From the IMG/VR virus record IMGVR_UViG_3300033067_001661, positions 96,001 to 160,000 of that record: 64,000 bases of DNA. The stretch is one strand, 5' to 3'. Below are positions 8,918 to 17,918 of the stretch, piece by piece (the stretch's first letter is position 1; each line of letters opens with the position of its first letter). The notes under the pieces were generated by a model. The model saw only the letters and a program-made list of their open reading frames with translations. It did not search any database and was not told where the DNA came from. The position numbers and the translations under genes are program-made. The DNA comes from a virus. Lineage: Duplodnaviria; Heunggongvirae; Uroviricota; Caudoviricetes.

Positions 8918-9937
8918 TCATTCTATAATACCGTAAAACTTCAGTCGCTTTTGCATTAAGTCTGGATCGCTCCAAGCTTTACTACTATGACATATCGACT
9001 GAAATTCACAATACCTACAGTCATAACTGTCCTTAGACAGCGGACGAGGAGGCGGAAGTAACTTATCCTTGGACATCTCGTTTAGCTTATAAGCCTGTTC
9101 TTTAATCTTTAGCCACATCTCTGGATTTCTCTCAACCTTGTAGATCTTGGTTGAAGAGTCATCTTTGTTCTCGTAAATCAATATTCCATAATCAAGGTCA
9201 AGAATGTTACTATAAATCACTAACTGCGTTTTATAGACCAATGAAGGGCCATTTTCAAGCTTTGATTTGAAACTGTAAGAGTTAATACTCTTCATATCCA
9301 AGACAATAGGCTTCTTGGGTAAGTCTTCTACTCTAAAAAGAACATCAACAGCATTGCCTTGCGAGAACATTGCAGGATCAAACTTAGAAAAATCAAGAAT
9401 CTGGTCGCAATGACCATAGAAATTGAGTTCCTTATCTTGAACGGTAATTTCATGATAATGGAATTTGTCATTTCCGCAAACGCACTCTTTTGGCTTAAAG
9501 CAGCCAAGCTTATTATCTAATCCATACATTCGCGGTTTGAAGTTTGCTACAACCTCAGGAACCTTAAGCCCATCTCTTTGAAGAATATCAGGATGATAAT
9601 TGCCGTCATTATCCCAAAGATGGCAGCATTCATTTGCGCATTGCCAAATGCCTCGCAAAACTCCTATTTCCGCGAAATAATGAGACCAACGAGCATGCAT
9701 GCTATGACCTGTATCAAAGATTCTTACGGTCTTTGGCTCTACGTCCCCCTTATCAGGCGTTATAAGGCCCTGGTCTGAGTATCTTTGATACTGAACCTTT
9801 CGTAAGCATCCTCCAAATGAAGAAGGATGGTACGAGGAGTATCCGCGAGGAGGACCATTGAGATTCTTCCATTTCAGGAAGGTGTTCAATACATTCATTA
9901 CATTTGTTACTTCAGGTGGTTGTGCAACAGGAGGCAT
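8918..9937 (-). CDS. Cas4/AddB-like PD-(D/E)XK exonuclease with Fe-S Cys motif and a Cys-rich insertion
   Basis: HPSSFGGCLRK, GHSMH, GHCD, VLDMKS, QLVIY, CRYCEFQSIC. Confidence 0.8.
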   Translation of the reverse strand: MPPVAQPPEVTNVMNVLNTFLKWKNLNGPPRGYSSYHPSSFGGCLRKVQYQRYSDQGLITPDKGDVEPKTVRIFDTGHSMHARWSHYFAEIGVLRGIWQCANECCHLWDNDGNYHPDILQRDGLKVPEVVANFKPRMYGLDNKLGCFKPKECVCGNDKFHYHEITVQDKELNFYGHCDQILDFSKFDPAMFSQGNAVDVLFRVEDLPKKPIVLDMKSINSYSFKSKLENGPSLVYKTQLVIYSNILDLDYGILIYENKDDSSTKIYKVERNPEMWLKIKEQAYKLNEMSKDKLLPPPRPLSKDSYDCRYCEFQSICHSSKAWSDPDLMQKRLKFYGIIE

Positions 9938-9945
9938 ACGTCTTC

Positions 9946-10722
9946 CTAATCTATCTCTAACTGAGAATGTCTATTACTAAGACCTAAACAATACTTCTTC
10001 AATCCAAGTTCTTCAACTTTTGCTTTTGCTTCTCTAAGCAACTCTAGATAATCGCTGCTCGACTCTTTCTTTAGAAACTCGTCAGGATCTTTATGTTTTG
10101 GTAGAACAACAGGAATAAATCGGATTCCCGTTGATTCAAGGCCGTACTCTCTATACATTCTTACTGAGCGACTAAGGTTCTTGAAACCTGAATCGTCAGA
10201 ATCAAAGCTAAGAAAGATATCTCTGCAATACCTAGAAATAATGCATAAATGGTAAGGGCTAAAGGCGCTTCCAAGCAATCCAACAGTAACTCCAAAACCA
10301 TATCTATGAGCGCATGCCGTATCAAACTGGCCTTCAACAACAATCGCCTTTTGATGCTTGATAATGTTAGCTTTTGCAACATTCATACCAAACAAAAAGA
10401 ACTTCTTATCAAACTGCTCATGCAAATGAGGCATCTTAGTCTTATCCTTACATCTAAAATCTCTTGATGTAAGAATGATCAACTCGTCATGCTGGTCATA
10501 TAATGGCATGATGAGCCTTCCGGCCCAATCATGCCCTTGCTTCTTCAATCTTTGAGGATAATACCCAAAGCGAAACTTCTTTATTACGTCGTCCGTAAGA
10601 CCTCGTTCAACCCTTAGATAATTAAGGGTCTCTCGAACATCCTCGGTATCCTCCGTCCATAGAACTTCTTGCGAAAGATTGACTATCGCCTTCCGCTCTA
10701 CTTCTGGAAAATAAACCTTCAT
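9946..10722 (-). CDS. dnaG: DnaG primase catalytic (TOPRIM) subunit lacking the zinc-binding domain
   Basis: YLRVERGL, FRFGY, GRLIMPL, AIVVEGQFD, SFDSDDSG, KDPDEF; no CHC2 motif. Confidence 0.9.
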   Translation of the reverse strand: MKVYFPEVERKAIVNLSQEVLWTEDTEDVRETLNYLRVERGLTDDVIKKFRFGYYPQRLKKQGHDWAGRLIMPLYDQHDELIILTSRDFRCKDKTKMPHLHEQFDKKFFLFGMNVAKANIIKHQKAIVVEGQFDTACAHRYGFGVTVGLLGSAFSPYHLCIISRYCRDIFLSFDSDDSGFKNLSRSVRMYREYGLESTGIRFIPVVLPKHKDPDEFLKKESSSDYLELLREAKAKVEELGLKKYCLGLSNRHSQLEID

Positions 10723-11957
10723 ACATCAGGATTTTCGACAACTTCTACTTCAGTTTCGCTCGATACACCGTCTTCTTCCTCAAGGATTTCACTTAGCTCG
10801 TCTTTCTTCGACTTTTGCTTCTCCGCTTTCTTCTTCGCATTTTCCAGCTTTTCTTTGTTCTGCTCAATGAATGCAATATGCTTGTCGTAGTTCAAAATTG
10901 CAGCAGGAAGAACAACATCAGCTTGCTTAGCAGCGCCCTTGATTGCGTTGATAAGTTCGCCAACCTTATTTTGAGCAACCAATTCGGCTGCAAACGCCTT
11001 CTTACCTTCGACCTTCAAGCCGCCCCAAGAAAATACTCCATTACGAACAGTGATAAGCTTGGTTTGACGACCATACTCAAAAGCACTCTCTTCAACTTGA
11101 GGAAAGTAGTTTTCATAGTATATAGGAATACGAATGCCTCCAAAATGAGGAGGAGCAAAGCGATTCTTCTGAACAAATACATTAGCAGATCCAGCGATCA
11201 TCTTTTGATTACCGTCATCGTCCTCAATGTATCTGTAACCATCCTTGGCATTAACTTTGTTCAATTTCAAAATAACAGAACAAGCATGGGCTATGGCCTT
11301 TCCACCCGGATAACCTTCCGGATCCTTAAAGGCTCCAGCGCCAGGATTGATACGAAGCTGATTGATAAAGATTACAAGAGTGTTATTAGCAGCAGCAAGA
11401 CTGCATATCTTATTAACGGTTCTGCCAAGCAATCGAGCCAAAGCAGCCATCGTTTCTTTATCAGCATCATGTTCAAGAACATATCTAGGAACAAGAGCGC
11501 CAACTGAGTCAAGAACAACAACGCCTGCGCCTTTCCTACAAGCATCCATTACGCTATCAAGAGCCGCCTCCCCGTCAAAAACCTTATCAGTGTCGTTCTT
11601 ATCGAACATTGATCTACGACCAATCTTTGCAAGATCAACACCATTGATTTTAGCTAAAGACTCGCTAAAAGAGTTCTCAACGTCAATCCAAATAGGAATC
11701 TTACCCATGCGCTGAGCGTTTCCGCAAATTGCATAAGCAAGAGACGACTTACCACCAGCTTCACCGCCGTAGATCATCATCAACTTGCCTGTTGGAATGC
11801 CTCCTGTTTTAACTGAATCTTCAGTATTAGTCAAAAGGCCACTTGCAATAACGTAATCAAGCTCAGCATGTCCTGTAGGAATAAACTCAGTTGGATTACC
11901 CTCAGAACCAAACTCAAAACCTTCAAAATTTGCTAATGCCGTACTTTTCTTTGCCAT
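10719..11957 (-). CDS. recA: RecA-family recombinase
   Basis: FIPTG, GGIPTG, YGGEAGGKS (Walker A), VVLDSVGALVP, IFINQLR, PGGKAI, KNRFAPP. Confidence 0.92.
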   Translation of the reverse strand: MAKKSTALANFEGFEFGSEGNPTEFIPTGHAELDYVIASGLLTNTEDSVKTGGIPTGKLMMIYGGEAGGKSSLAYAICGNAQRMGKIPIWIDVENSFSESLAKINGVDLAKIGRRSMFDKNDTDKVFDGEAALDSVMDACRKGAGVVVLDSVGALVPRYVLEHDADKETMAALARLLGRTVNKICSLAAANNTLVIFINQLRINPGAGAFKDPEGYPGGKAIAHACSVILKLNKVNAKDGYRYIEDDDGNQKMIAGSANVFVQKNRFAPPHFGGIRIPIYYENYFPQVEESAFEYGRQTKLITVRNGVFSWGGLKVEGKKAFAAELVAQNKVGELINAIKGAAKQADVVLPAAILNYDKHIAFIEQNKEKLENAKKKAEKQKSKKDELSEILEEEDGVSSETEVEVVENPDV

Positions 11958-12003
11958 TTTTCATCTCCGTTTCTCTGTTTGCGTACTGATAGCTTATCGT
12001 AAC

Positions 12004-12036
12004 AAAAAGGCCGTGGCCCAAGAGCAACCACGGCCT
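12004..12036 (-). terminator. Rho-independent terminator downstream of the SSB gene
   Basis: Perfect 9-bp stem AGGCCGTGG/CCACGGCCT (12008-12016 and 12028-12036) followed by a U-run on the minus strand. Confidence 0.85.
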
Positions 12037-12059
12037 GTTCATTACAGACTTATTTACAT

Positions 12060-12737
12060 TTAGAATCCAAGATCAAGCTTGCCCGAAGCAGCCTTTGCAG
12101 GAGCAGCGGTCGGGGCCGAAGCAGCTTGCGCTGGGGCCTTTGACTTGCTCGGATAAAGCTTCTCTTCGATTTCGCTCTGAGGAGTTGGAGCAAACTCCTT
12201 ACCAAGATCCCAAAGATCCTGTTCCTTCAACATCGCCTTCTCTTCATCAGTGAAAGGCGTTTGAACAACTGGAGTTGTGTTGTACTCAGTACGCTTCTTG
12301 TCGCCGCTTGCCGGAATCTTAACGGTGATTTCGAAATCTGCGCCGTTTCTATTACCGGGGTGCTGACCTGAAGCCTTTGCCCAGCGCTTGATTGCCTCAA
12401 ATACGCTAGCAGGAGCCTCCATAATCTTCAACTTGCCATCGGCACGATCAATGACATTTACCGCATAGCGAGGCTTGGCCTCAACATTGTACTTCTGACG
12501 AATAATGCAGTTCTGAGGGTCTTCTGTGATGGCCCTGTTGAACCTCTTAGGATCGTCTGGATTTGCAATGTAATAGGCGTAAAAGCCGCATGGGTCGCCA
12601 ACAGGACGGACTCTGTAAGTTGTACCCTGGATGCTTCCAGTCAACTTAAGATACTTGCTATCATTGCCTCCGCCCTTGCCACCCTTCTTACCCGTCGAAG
12701 TCGTATCAATATCATCCCAACCAATTATCTTACTCAT
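12060..12737 (-). CDS. Phage single-stranded DNA-binding protein (gp32-like)
   Basis: YLKL...RVRPVG, PRYAVNVIDRADGKLKIME, GADFEIT...TEY; Ala/Pro linker and a DLGF C-terminal tail; adjacent to recA; AAGGAG RBS. Confidence 0.75.
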   Translation of the reverse strand: MSKIIGWDDIDTTSTGKKGGKGGGNDSKYLKLTGSIQGTTYRVRPVGDPCGFYAYYIANPDDPKRFNRAITEDPQNCIIRQKYNVEAKPRYAVNVIDRADGKLKIMEAPASVFEAIKRWAKASGQHPGNRNGADFEITVKIPASGDKKRTEYNTTPVVQTPFTDEEKAMLKEQDLWDLGKEFAPTPQSEIEEKLYPSKSKAPAQAASAPTAAPAKAASGKLDLGF

Positions 12738-13014
12738 TTCAAAACTCCTTGTCTCTGATACTCTATTTGTTTGAGTTCAGCTTTTTATTCTACGTCTTCT
12801 CGAAACCCTGAAACGCTCAGAATCTCTTTTCTCTAGGTCTCTGTTTACTCTGTCTATAATAACAATAAAACATAACCTAAAACTAGCATTAACTTCTAAC
12901 AATTTCAATATGATTTACTTGCATTTGTCGGTTACATCTCCTTTCTCTAATCTCTAGAACTCTAAAACTCTAAAACTCGGATACTCTTAATTCGACTAAA
13001 TTCAACAAATTCCT
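12738..13014 (-). promoter_or_regulatory. Long GAG-repeat-rich untranslated leader of the SSB gene
   Basis: Largest non-coding gap in the window (277 nt). About 16 GAG triplets on the minus strand, including tandem GAGTTTTA GAGTTTTA GAGTTCTA GAGATTA GAG. Confidence 0.5.
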
Positions 13015-14193
13015 TTAGTCATCCAACCAACTTATTTTCCCTGTCTTTCCTGGACCACTCATCGACGTTTTTGCTGCCGAAGATTGAGCTTTCACAGCCT
13101 CTTGAACCTCTAATCTGTCAAAGCCTTCTGCTGCAATTTCTGGCGAAACAGCGGAACGAGTAGAAACGTTCTCAACAACCTTCTTAGCCTTATCAGACAA
13201 GTTTACATAGTTCTTTTCATGACTATCCGTAATGTTTTGCTGCTTAAGCAACTCAAGCGTTATACTAATCTTGCGACTAAGAATTTCTTTTGACTCAAGC
13301 AAATTGTGGTAAACGTCTTTAGCTGCTTGCTCAAGAGCCTCAACATCGCAAGCGTACATTTCAATGTCTTTCATATGATCATGAATAACACCATCTTGAC
13401 GAGCCGCTGGCTTTTCGTAAGTAACTTTTGCAAGAACACCCCTCAATAGCTCAACACCTCTTTTAGAAGCAGAACACTGTCCTGTTGCTTGAATCTTAAT
13501 CTGAACAACTCTATCAAGAAAGGATTGTATCTTGTTAAACTTATCAGCCATGCCCTCTAAATCCATTAGCTCTGTACTTGCGCTAACATGACATGACCTA
13601 AGCTCGTTCATAAGCTTATCAACAGGAATTGGCTTTCCACCCCTTGTGAGCGATTTGATAAAGTTCTGCTTTTCCGAATAGAAATGAGCAAACATTGGCG
13701 ACGGAGGAACAAGAGTCCAGCCATCTTCGTCTGCCTTACTCGCAACCGAAGGAGTCGTTACGGACTCCTCCTTTGTCTCCTCAGCTTCTTCTCCAGCGTC
13801 TGTATCTTCATTATGAGTGGTTTGTTTTTGCGCCACGGGTTTAGTCTCCTCGCTGACAGGCTTTCCAGGGAGAACTGACTGCTTGAGTATCTTCTCAAAC
13901 GAGTTCTTGCTGGGTTCTGCGATTGTGATTGGTTGCTGAACGACTGGTTCTTGTTTGGTCTTCGCTTCATTGCCTTGCTCCTTTGCAACGTAAGTAACCT
14001 CAATCGGCGGAGCATCTTTTGCTAAGACTTCGTTCAGCTTTTTTGACTTCTGCTCAAAACCCTCAGCGCCACTGGCCTTTATGACCTCAGCGTAAGAAGT
14101 TTCTTGGCTTTCGTCGTCTTCTTCTCTGATATTCGATCCATCTTTGGGAATACCAAAAATGTCATCTAAAAGCTGTTCATTTATCGACGGCAT
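13015..14193 (-). CDS. Hypothetical protein with acidic disordered N-terminus and helical C-terminal domain (possible recombination mediator)
   Basis: 392-aa ORF. The function guess rests only on the coiled-coil pattern and the position beside ssb/recA. Confidence 0.55.
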   Translation of the reverse strand: MPSINEQLLDDIFGIPKDGSNIREEDDESQETSYAEVIKASGAEGFEQKSKKLNEVLAKDAPPIEVTYVAKEQGNEAKTKQEPVVQQPITIAEPSKNSFEKILKQSVLPGKPVSEETKPVAQKQTTHNEDTDAGEEAEETKEESVTTPSVASKADEDGWTLVPPSPMFAHFYSEKQNFIKSLTRGGKPIPVDKLMNELRSCHVSASTELMDLEGMADKFNKIQSFLDRVVQIKIQATGQCSASKRGVELLRGVLAKVTYEKPAARQDGVIHDHMKDIEMYACDVEALEQAAKDVYHNLLESKEILSRKISITLELLKQQNITDSHEKNYVNLSDKAKKVVENVSTRSAVSPEIAAEGFDRLEVQEAVKAQSSAAKTSMSGPGKTGKISWLDD

Positions 14194-14212
14194 TTATTGT
14201 CTTCCTTTAACT

Positions 14213-14524
14213 TCAATCAAGAGCGTCAAAATCTTTCTTTTCTTCTTCAGTTAGACCACGTTTATTATTGGTTGTAGAAGATACAATTGCGGAGAATCCA
14301 TTGAGATTCAATTCCTCAAAAACCCTCTTCTGGGTATTCTCGAAATCCTCTCTCACAAGAGTTGTGATACCGTCGCTTTTGGCTCGCAACATATCAATGT
14401 TTTCCCATTCAACCTCAATCTGATGCTCCACAATAACATCCATTGTCTCAAACTTTGCAGTATTATACTTTCTGATAATAGCTTTGCGTACAATGGACTT
14501 TCTCATATTTTGATCTTGTGACAT
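14213..14524 (-). CDS. Hypothetical protein
   Basis: Start re-called at ATG 14524 behind GGAG. Confidence 0.6.
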   Translation of the reverse strand: MSQDQNMRKSIVRKAIIRKYNTAKFETMDVIVEHQIEVEWENIDMLRAKSDGITTLVREDFENTQKRVFEELNLNGFSAIVSSTTNNKRGLTEEEKKDFDALD

Positions 14525-14575
14525 ATTTTTCTCCAAATAGTAATTCGTCTACTCTATATCGCTATTGCGCTTATT

Positions 14576-16552
14576 TCACCCAAAAATATTACCAACAATG
14601 ACGCCCTTCTTCTTCGCCCTCTTTAGGTCTTCTCTAATAACCTCAAAAGTCTTAAGAACTTCCTCTCTATTTGCGCTTCGACCGCCGCCCTTAGCAGGCT
14701 TGAAGAATCCAGCGTTCAACAAAGACTCAAACGATTTCGCATCGACCATCTTCGTGTCAGTCTTTTCCGCAAACTCTTGAAGGCTAGCATAAGGTTGATG
14801 CTCTACGATATTGTTCGCAGCATTATGACTCAAGCCTTTGCACTTTATAGAAGGCATGATTTGCGACCTTGGAACGCCATTAGCAGGGTCCGCCTTCTTG
14901 ACAATGAAATACTCAAGCTTACACTGATTGATTTGCCTTGGCAAAATCTCCACGTTCATTTCTTTAGCCATCTTCTCAAGAGCGTCAACTTTATCATAGT
15001 TTGAACGGTTGATTTCAACATTAAGATAAGCTGTAAGGAACTCTTCTGGGAAGTTTGCCTTCAAATAAGCAGTAACATAAGAGTTATAAGCATAGCAGCA
15101 AGCGTGCGCCTTATTGAAACCGTAATCAGCAAACGGCATGATTACCTTGTCCCAATAGTCTTGAGCAATCTTCTCTTCTACGTTATTCTCTTTTGCGCCA
15201 GAAATAAACCTAGCCCTATACTTCGCCAAAAGCTCTGGTTTCTTTTTACCGATTGCCTTAATAACAACATAACCCTCAGGGATAGAAAAGCCTGCAATCG
15301 AGTTACAGATCTGCATGACTTGCTCTTGATATACAAGCAATCCATAGGTCTTCTTGAGATAAGGTTCAACGTACTTCTTTAGAGAAGGATGGAAATAGTT
15401 GATAGATTCCGAACCATGCTTGCGGGCGCAATAAGTCGGAATCGAGTCCATCGGACCAGGACGATACAAGGCGATACCTGCCATGATGTCGTCAAGGGAG
15501 TCAACTCCCATGTTAATCATGGTCTTCTGCATTCCAGTCTCTTCGCACTGGAATACGCCCGTTAGCTTACCGCTCTTGTACAAATCAAAAGTCTTCTTGT
15601 CTTCAAGAGGTAAGTCATAAATGTTGATCTTCAAGCCATAGTTTTGCTCAACAAGCTTACAGCATCGGCCAATAACCGAAAGTGTGCTAAGAGCAAGAAT
15701 ATCGAACTTGATTAGTCCAAGAAACTCTAAATCATTGTACTCAAACTGAGTTGCAAAAGCATATTTAACTTCGCCGTCTTCGGCTGTGTCTGTAATCTTG
15801 CTTTGCTTAAGCGGAGCTATGCGTCCAAGAGGCTCATTCGATATAACAATACCGGCAGCATGCACTCCGAATATAGATAAAAGTCCCTCAATACTCCTAG
15901 AGTGTTCAAGTATAGCAGGGTATTTCTCCATATAATATGCAAACTTAGAACACCATTTATTAGCATCTTGGACGGTCTTGATTGGATGTTCATTTCCTTG
16001 ATCATCTGTTACTTTCAAAAAAGCGCCATACTGAGGCGGAAGAGCATTCAATATCTCATCGCCAAGTTCGTTGGTCTTTGTTTTCCACTCGTCATAACCC
16101 TTGAAAAAGGTATTCTCTGGATCTATAGCCTTGACCGCTCGGCGAACAAACGATTTCATCTTAAGACCAGAATACGTTCCGATGTTACCGACATGCTCTC
16201 TTCCGTAGGTATCAATGATGTATTTATACATCTCGTCTCTACGTTCGTAGTCAAAGTCGGAGTCAATATCGGGAAAACCTTTACGAGCAAATGCGCGACG
16301 CTTTGGCAAAAACTCCGAACCTTCGTCAGGCTTCTTATCAGTCATTCCAAGCGCATATGCCGTCCAAGAATTGATATCATTACGATGACCAACCTTACCA
16401 TGAGAATGCTTCCAAATGGAATGAAACTTTTGTAGAACAGGCTTTTCGTCCAAGCCCTCTATCTGCTCCATTAGAGCTATCTCTTTTTCAATCAAAGGCA
16501 AAAGGGACTTGTCCTTAACTGCCTCCAAGATTTCTTGCTTCATATCCGCCAT
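14576..16552 (-). CDS. dnaE: DNA polymerase III alpha (DnaE), C-terminal half (catalytic palm, thumb, fingers, HhH; no OB fold)
   Basis: FPDIDSDF, GVHAAGIVI, GLIKFDILAL, GVFQCE, ALYRPGPM, VYQEQVMQ, YGFNKAH, AYLKANFP; ends ...GNIFG. Confidence 0.93.
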   Translation of the reverse strand: MADMKQEILEAVKDKSLLPLIEKEIALMEQIEGLDEKPVLQKFHSIWKHSHGKVGHRNDINSWTAYALGMTDKKPDEGSEFLPKRRAFARKGFPDIDSDFDYERRDEMYKYIIDTYGREHVGNIGTYSGLKMKSFVRRAVKAIDPENTFFKGYDEWKTKTNELGDEILNALPPQYGAFLKVTDDQGNEHPIKTVQDANKWCSKFAYYMEKYPAILEHSRSIEGLLSIFGVHAAGIVISNEPLGRIAPLKQSKITDTAEDGEVKYAFATQFEYNDLEFLGLIKFDILALSTLSVIGRCCKLVEQNYGLKINIYDLPLEDKKTFDLYKSGKLTGVFQCEETGMQKTMINMGVDSLDDIMAGIALYRPGPMDSIPTYCARKHGSESINYFHPSLKKYVEPYLKKTYGLLVYQEQVMQICNSIAGFSIPEGYVVIKAIGKKKPELLAKYRARFISGAKENNVEEKIAQDYWDKVIMPFADYGFNKAHACCYAYNSYVTAYLKANFPEEFLTAYLNVEINRSNYDKVDALEKMAKEMNVEILPRQINQCKLEYFIVKKADPANGVPRSQIMPSIKCKGLSHNAANNIVEHQPYASLQEFAEKTDTKMVDAKSFESLLNAGFFKPAKGGGRSANREEVLKTFEVIREDLKRAKKKGVIVGNIFG

Positions 16553-16575
16553 TTATCGTCTCCAATTGCAAAAAC

Positions 16576-17424
16576 TCACGGAAAACACATTGGCAATTTT
16601 TCTTTATCTTGAGCATAAGAGCTTTTCTTGACAACCAAAACTTCTACAGCCGTATCTTTTTTATCAGAAGTTTGCATATGCTTTACGACACTCTTCTCAT
16701 AAAAAGAGTAACCTTTACTTTCTGGATAAAGCTGCCTTATAAAGGGACTATCGTAATAGGATATTGCAACAGAACCCTTTATGCTGTCAATGTATTTAGC
16801 CATGTCTTTATGGTTGAAACCATCAGTCATGTTGACATGATAGAACATCTTCTCAACATTTTCATAAGGAGGGTCCAGGTAAAATAAAGCCTCTGGACAG
16901 TCCCACTTCTTAATACATTCCTTGTAATCAAGATTTTCTATGTAAACGTCTTTGAAGAACTTAGCGCATTTAGCAACAAAAGGCGGCAAGGTCGCCCAAG
17001 AAAGACAAATATTCTCTCCTGTTCTTGAAACGCACCATGTTCCGTCTTCCTTTCCAAACATAGACTGTCTATTGTAGATAAGATAGTTTCTTGCCCACTC
17101 AACAGGATCTTCTTTTACAAAGTCCCTCTTCGATTCGATATACTCAACCGCTTTCTCAAACTCTTCTCTAGAATATGGAGTTAATTCAAGCTTCTCAAGA
17201 AAAACATCTTTGTAATCTCTAAGAACTCTAAATAAGTTCCATACATGACTATCTAAATCATTGTAAACCAAACGATACTCGCCGTCTGGCTTTGGCAATA
17301 CAAAACCAACGGCAAAGCTACCGCCAAAAGGTTCGCAATACAGCGTATGCTTTGGAAATAGCTTTTTGATCCAATCTCTAAGCTTGACTTTGCCGCCAAC
17401 TCTTTTTATGATTGTATCTGCCAT
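16576..17424 (-). CDS. Dam/D12-class DNA adenine methyltransferase
   Basis: RVGGK, YCEPFGGS, VYNDLD, FYLDPPY. Confidence 0.9.
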   Translation of the reverse strand: MADTIIKRVGGKVKLRDWIKKLFPKHTLYCEPFGGSFAVGFVLPKPDGEYRLVYNDLDSHVWNLFRVLRDYKDVFLEKLELTPYSREEFEKAVEYIESKRDFVKEDPVEWARNYLIYNRQSMFGKEDGTWCVSRTGENICLSWATLPPFVAKCAKFFKDVYIENLDYKECIKKWDCPEALFYLDPPYENVEKMFYHVNMTDGFNHKDMAKYIDSIKGSVAISYYDSPFIRQLYPESKGYSFYEKSVVKHMQTSDKKDTAVEVLVVKKSSYAQDKEKLPMCFP

Positions 17425-17918
17425 TTGCCATTTCTCTTAATAAGAAGCACGCCCTGCTCTTTTAGTATATTTCTGAACTTACCAGTACCATATTTAGTAG
17501 GCTTTTCAATAATCGGAGCATTCTCGAAAACTTCCTTGCTAACCACAAACGCACCTTGTAGATCAATAGACACAATAACTAAATAGTTTGTTCTAGATTG
17601 CCGAGGATTATGAGTTATACTCTTTCTGTTAGGAAATGAAAAGCCTTCCGATTCAACCCTCTTGGGTAAGCTCTCAGCGCTCTTCCAGAATTCTTTCACT
17701 TCAACGTCAAAATAAACCGCATCCTTCTTACTATTAACTCCCCTAACATCCCAAAAAGTTAGATCACCGTCTTTCATTTCATTTTCGCGAAGAAAAATAT
17801 CCGTATAAAAGCCTGAAGCCTCTAGTATTTCCTTTAGAGTCTTCTTCCCAACAAGGTCATACTTGTCATTAAGTTCCTTATCAAAGGGTTTTTGATCATC
17901 AAGAAAATGCATAATCAA
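17406..17918 (-). CDS. Putative PD-(D/E)XK nuclease
   Basis: WDV...YFDVEVK fits a D-Xn-(D/E)xK catalytic signature. Overlaps the dnaE-N stop and the MTase start. Confidence 0.55.
   Translation of the reverse strand: MIMHFLDDQKPFDKELNDKYDLVGKKTLKEILEASGFYTDIFLRENEMKDGDLTFWDVRGVNSKKDAVYFDVEVKEFWKSAESLPKRVESEGFSFPNRKSITHNPRQSRTNYLVIVSIDLQGAFVVSKEVFENAPIIEKPTKYGTGKFRNILKEQGVLLIKRNGKWQIQS

Noticed and set aside
8918-9937. CRISPR-Cas locus suggested by the Cas4-like gene
   Set aside because: No repeat-spacer array or other cas genes were seen; stand-alone Cas4-like nucleases are common in phage recombination modules.
10815-11715. Long plus-strand ORFs antisense to recA (similar ones oppose dnaE and the giant genes)
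   Set aside because: They are shadow ORFs of well-supported minus-strand genes and show no motifs.
12850-12945. Mini-ORFs in the ssb leader (ATGTAA, MQVNHIEIVRS, MLVLGYVLLLL)
   Set aside because: Too short to support without conservation or ribosome data.
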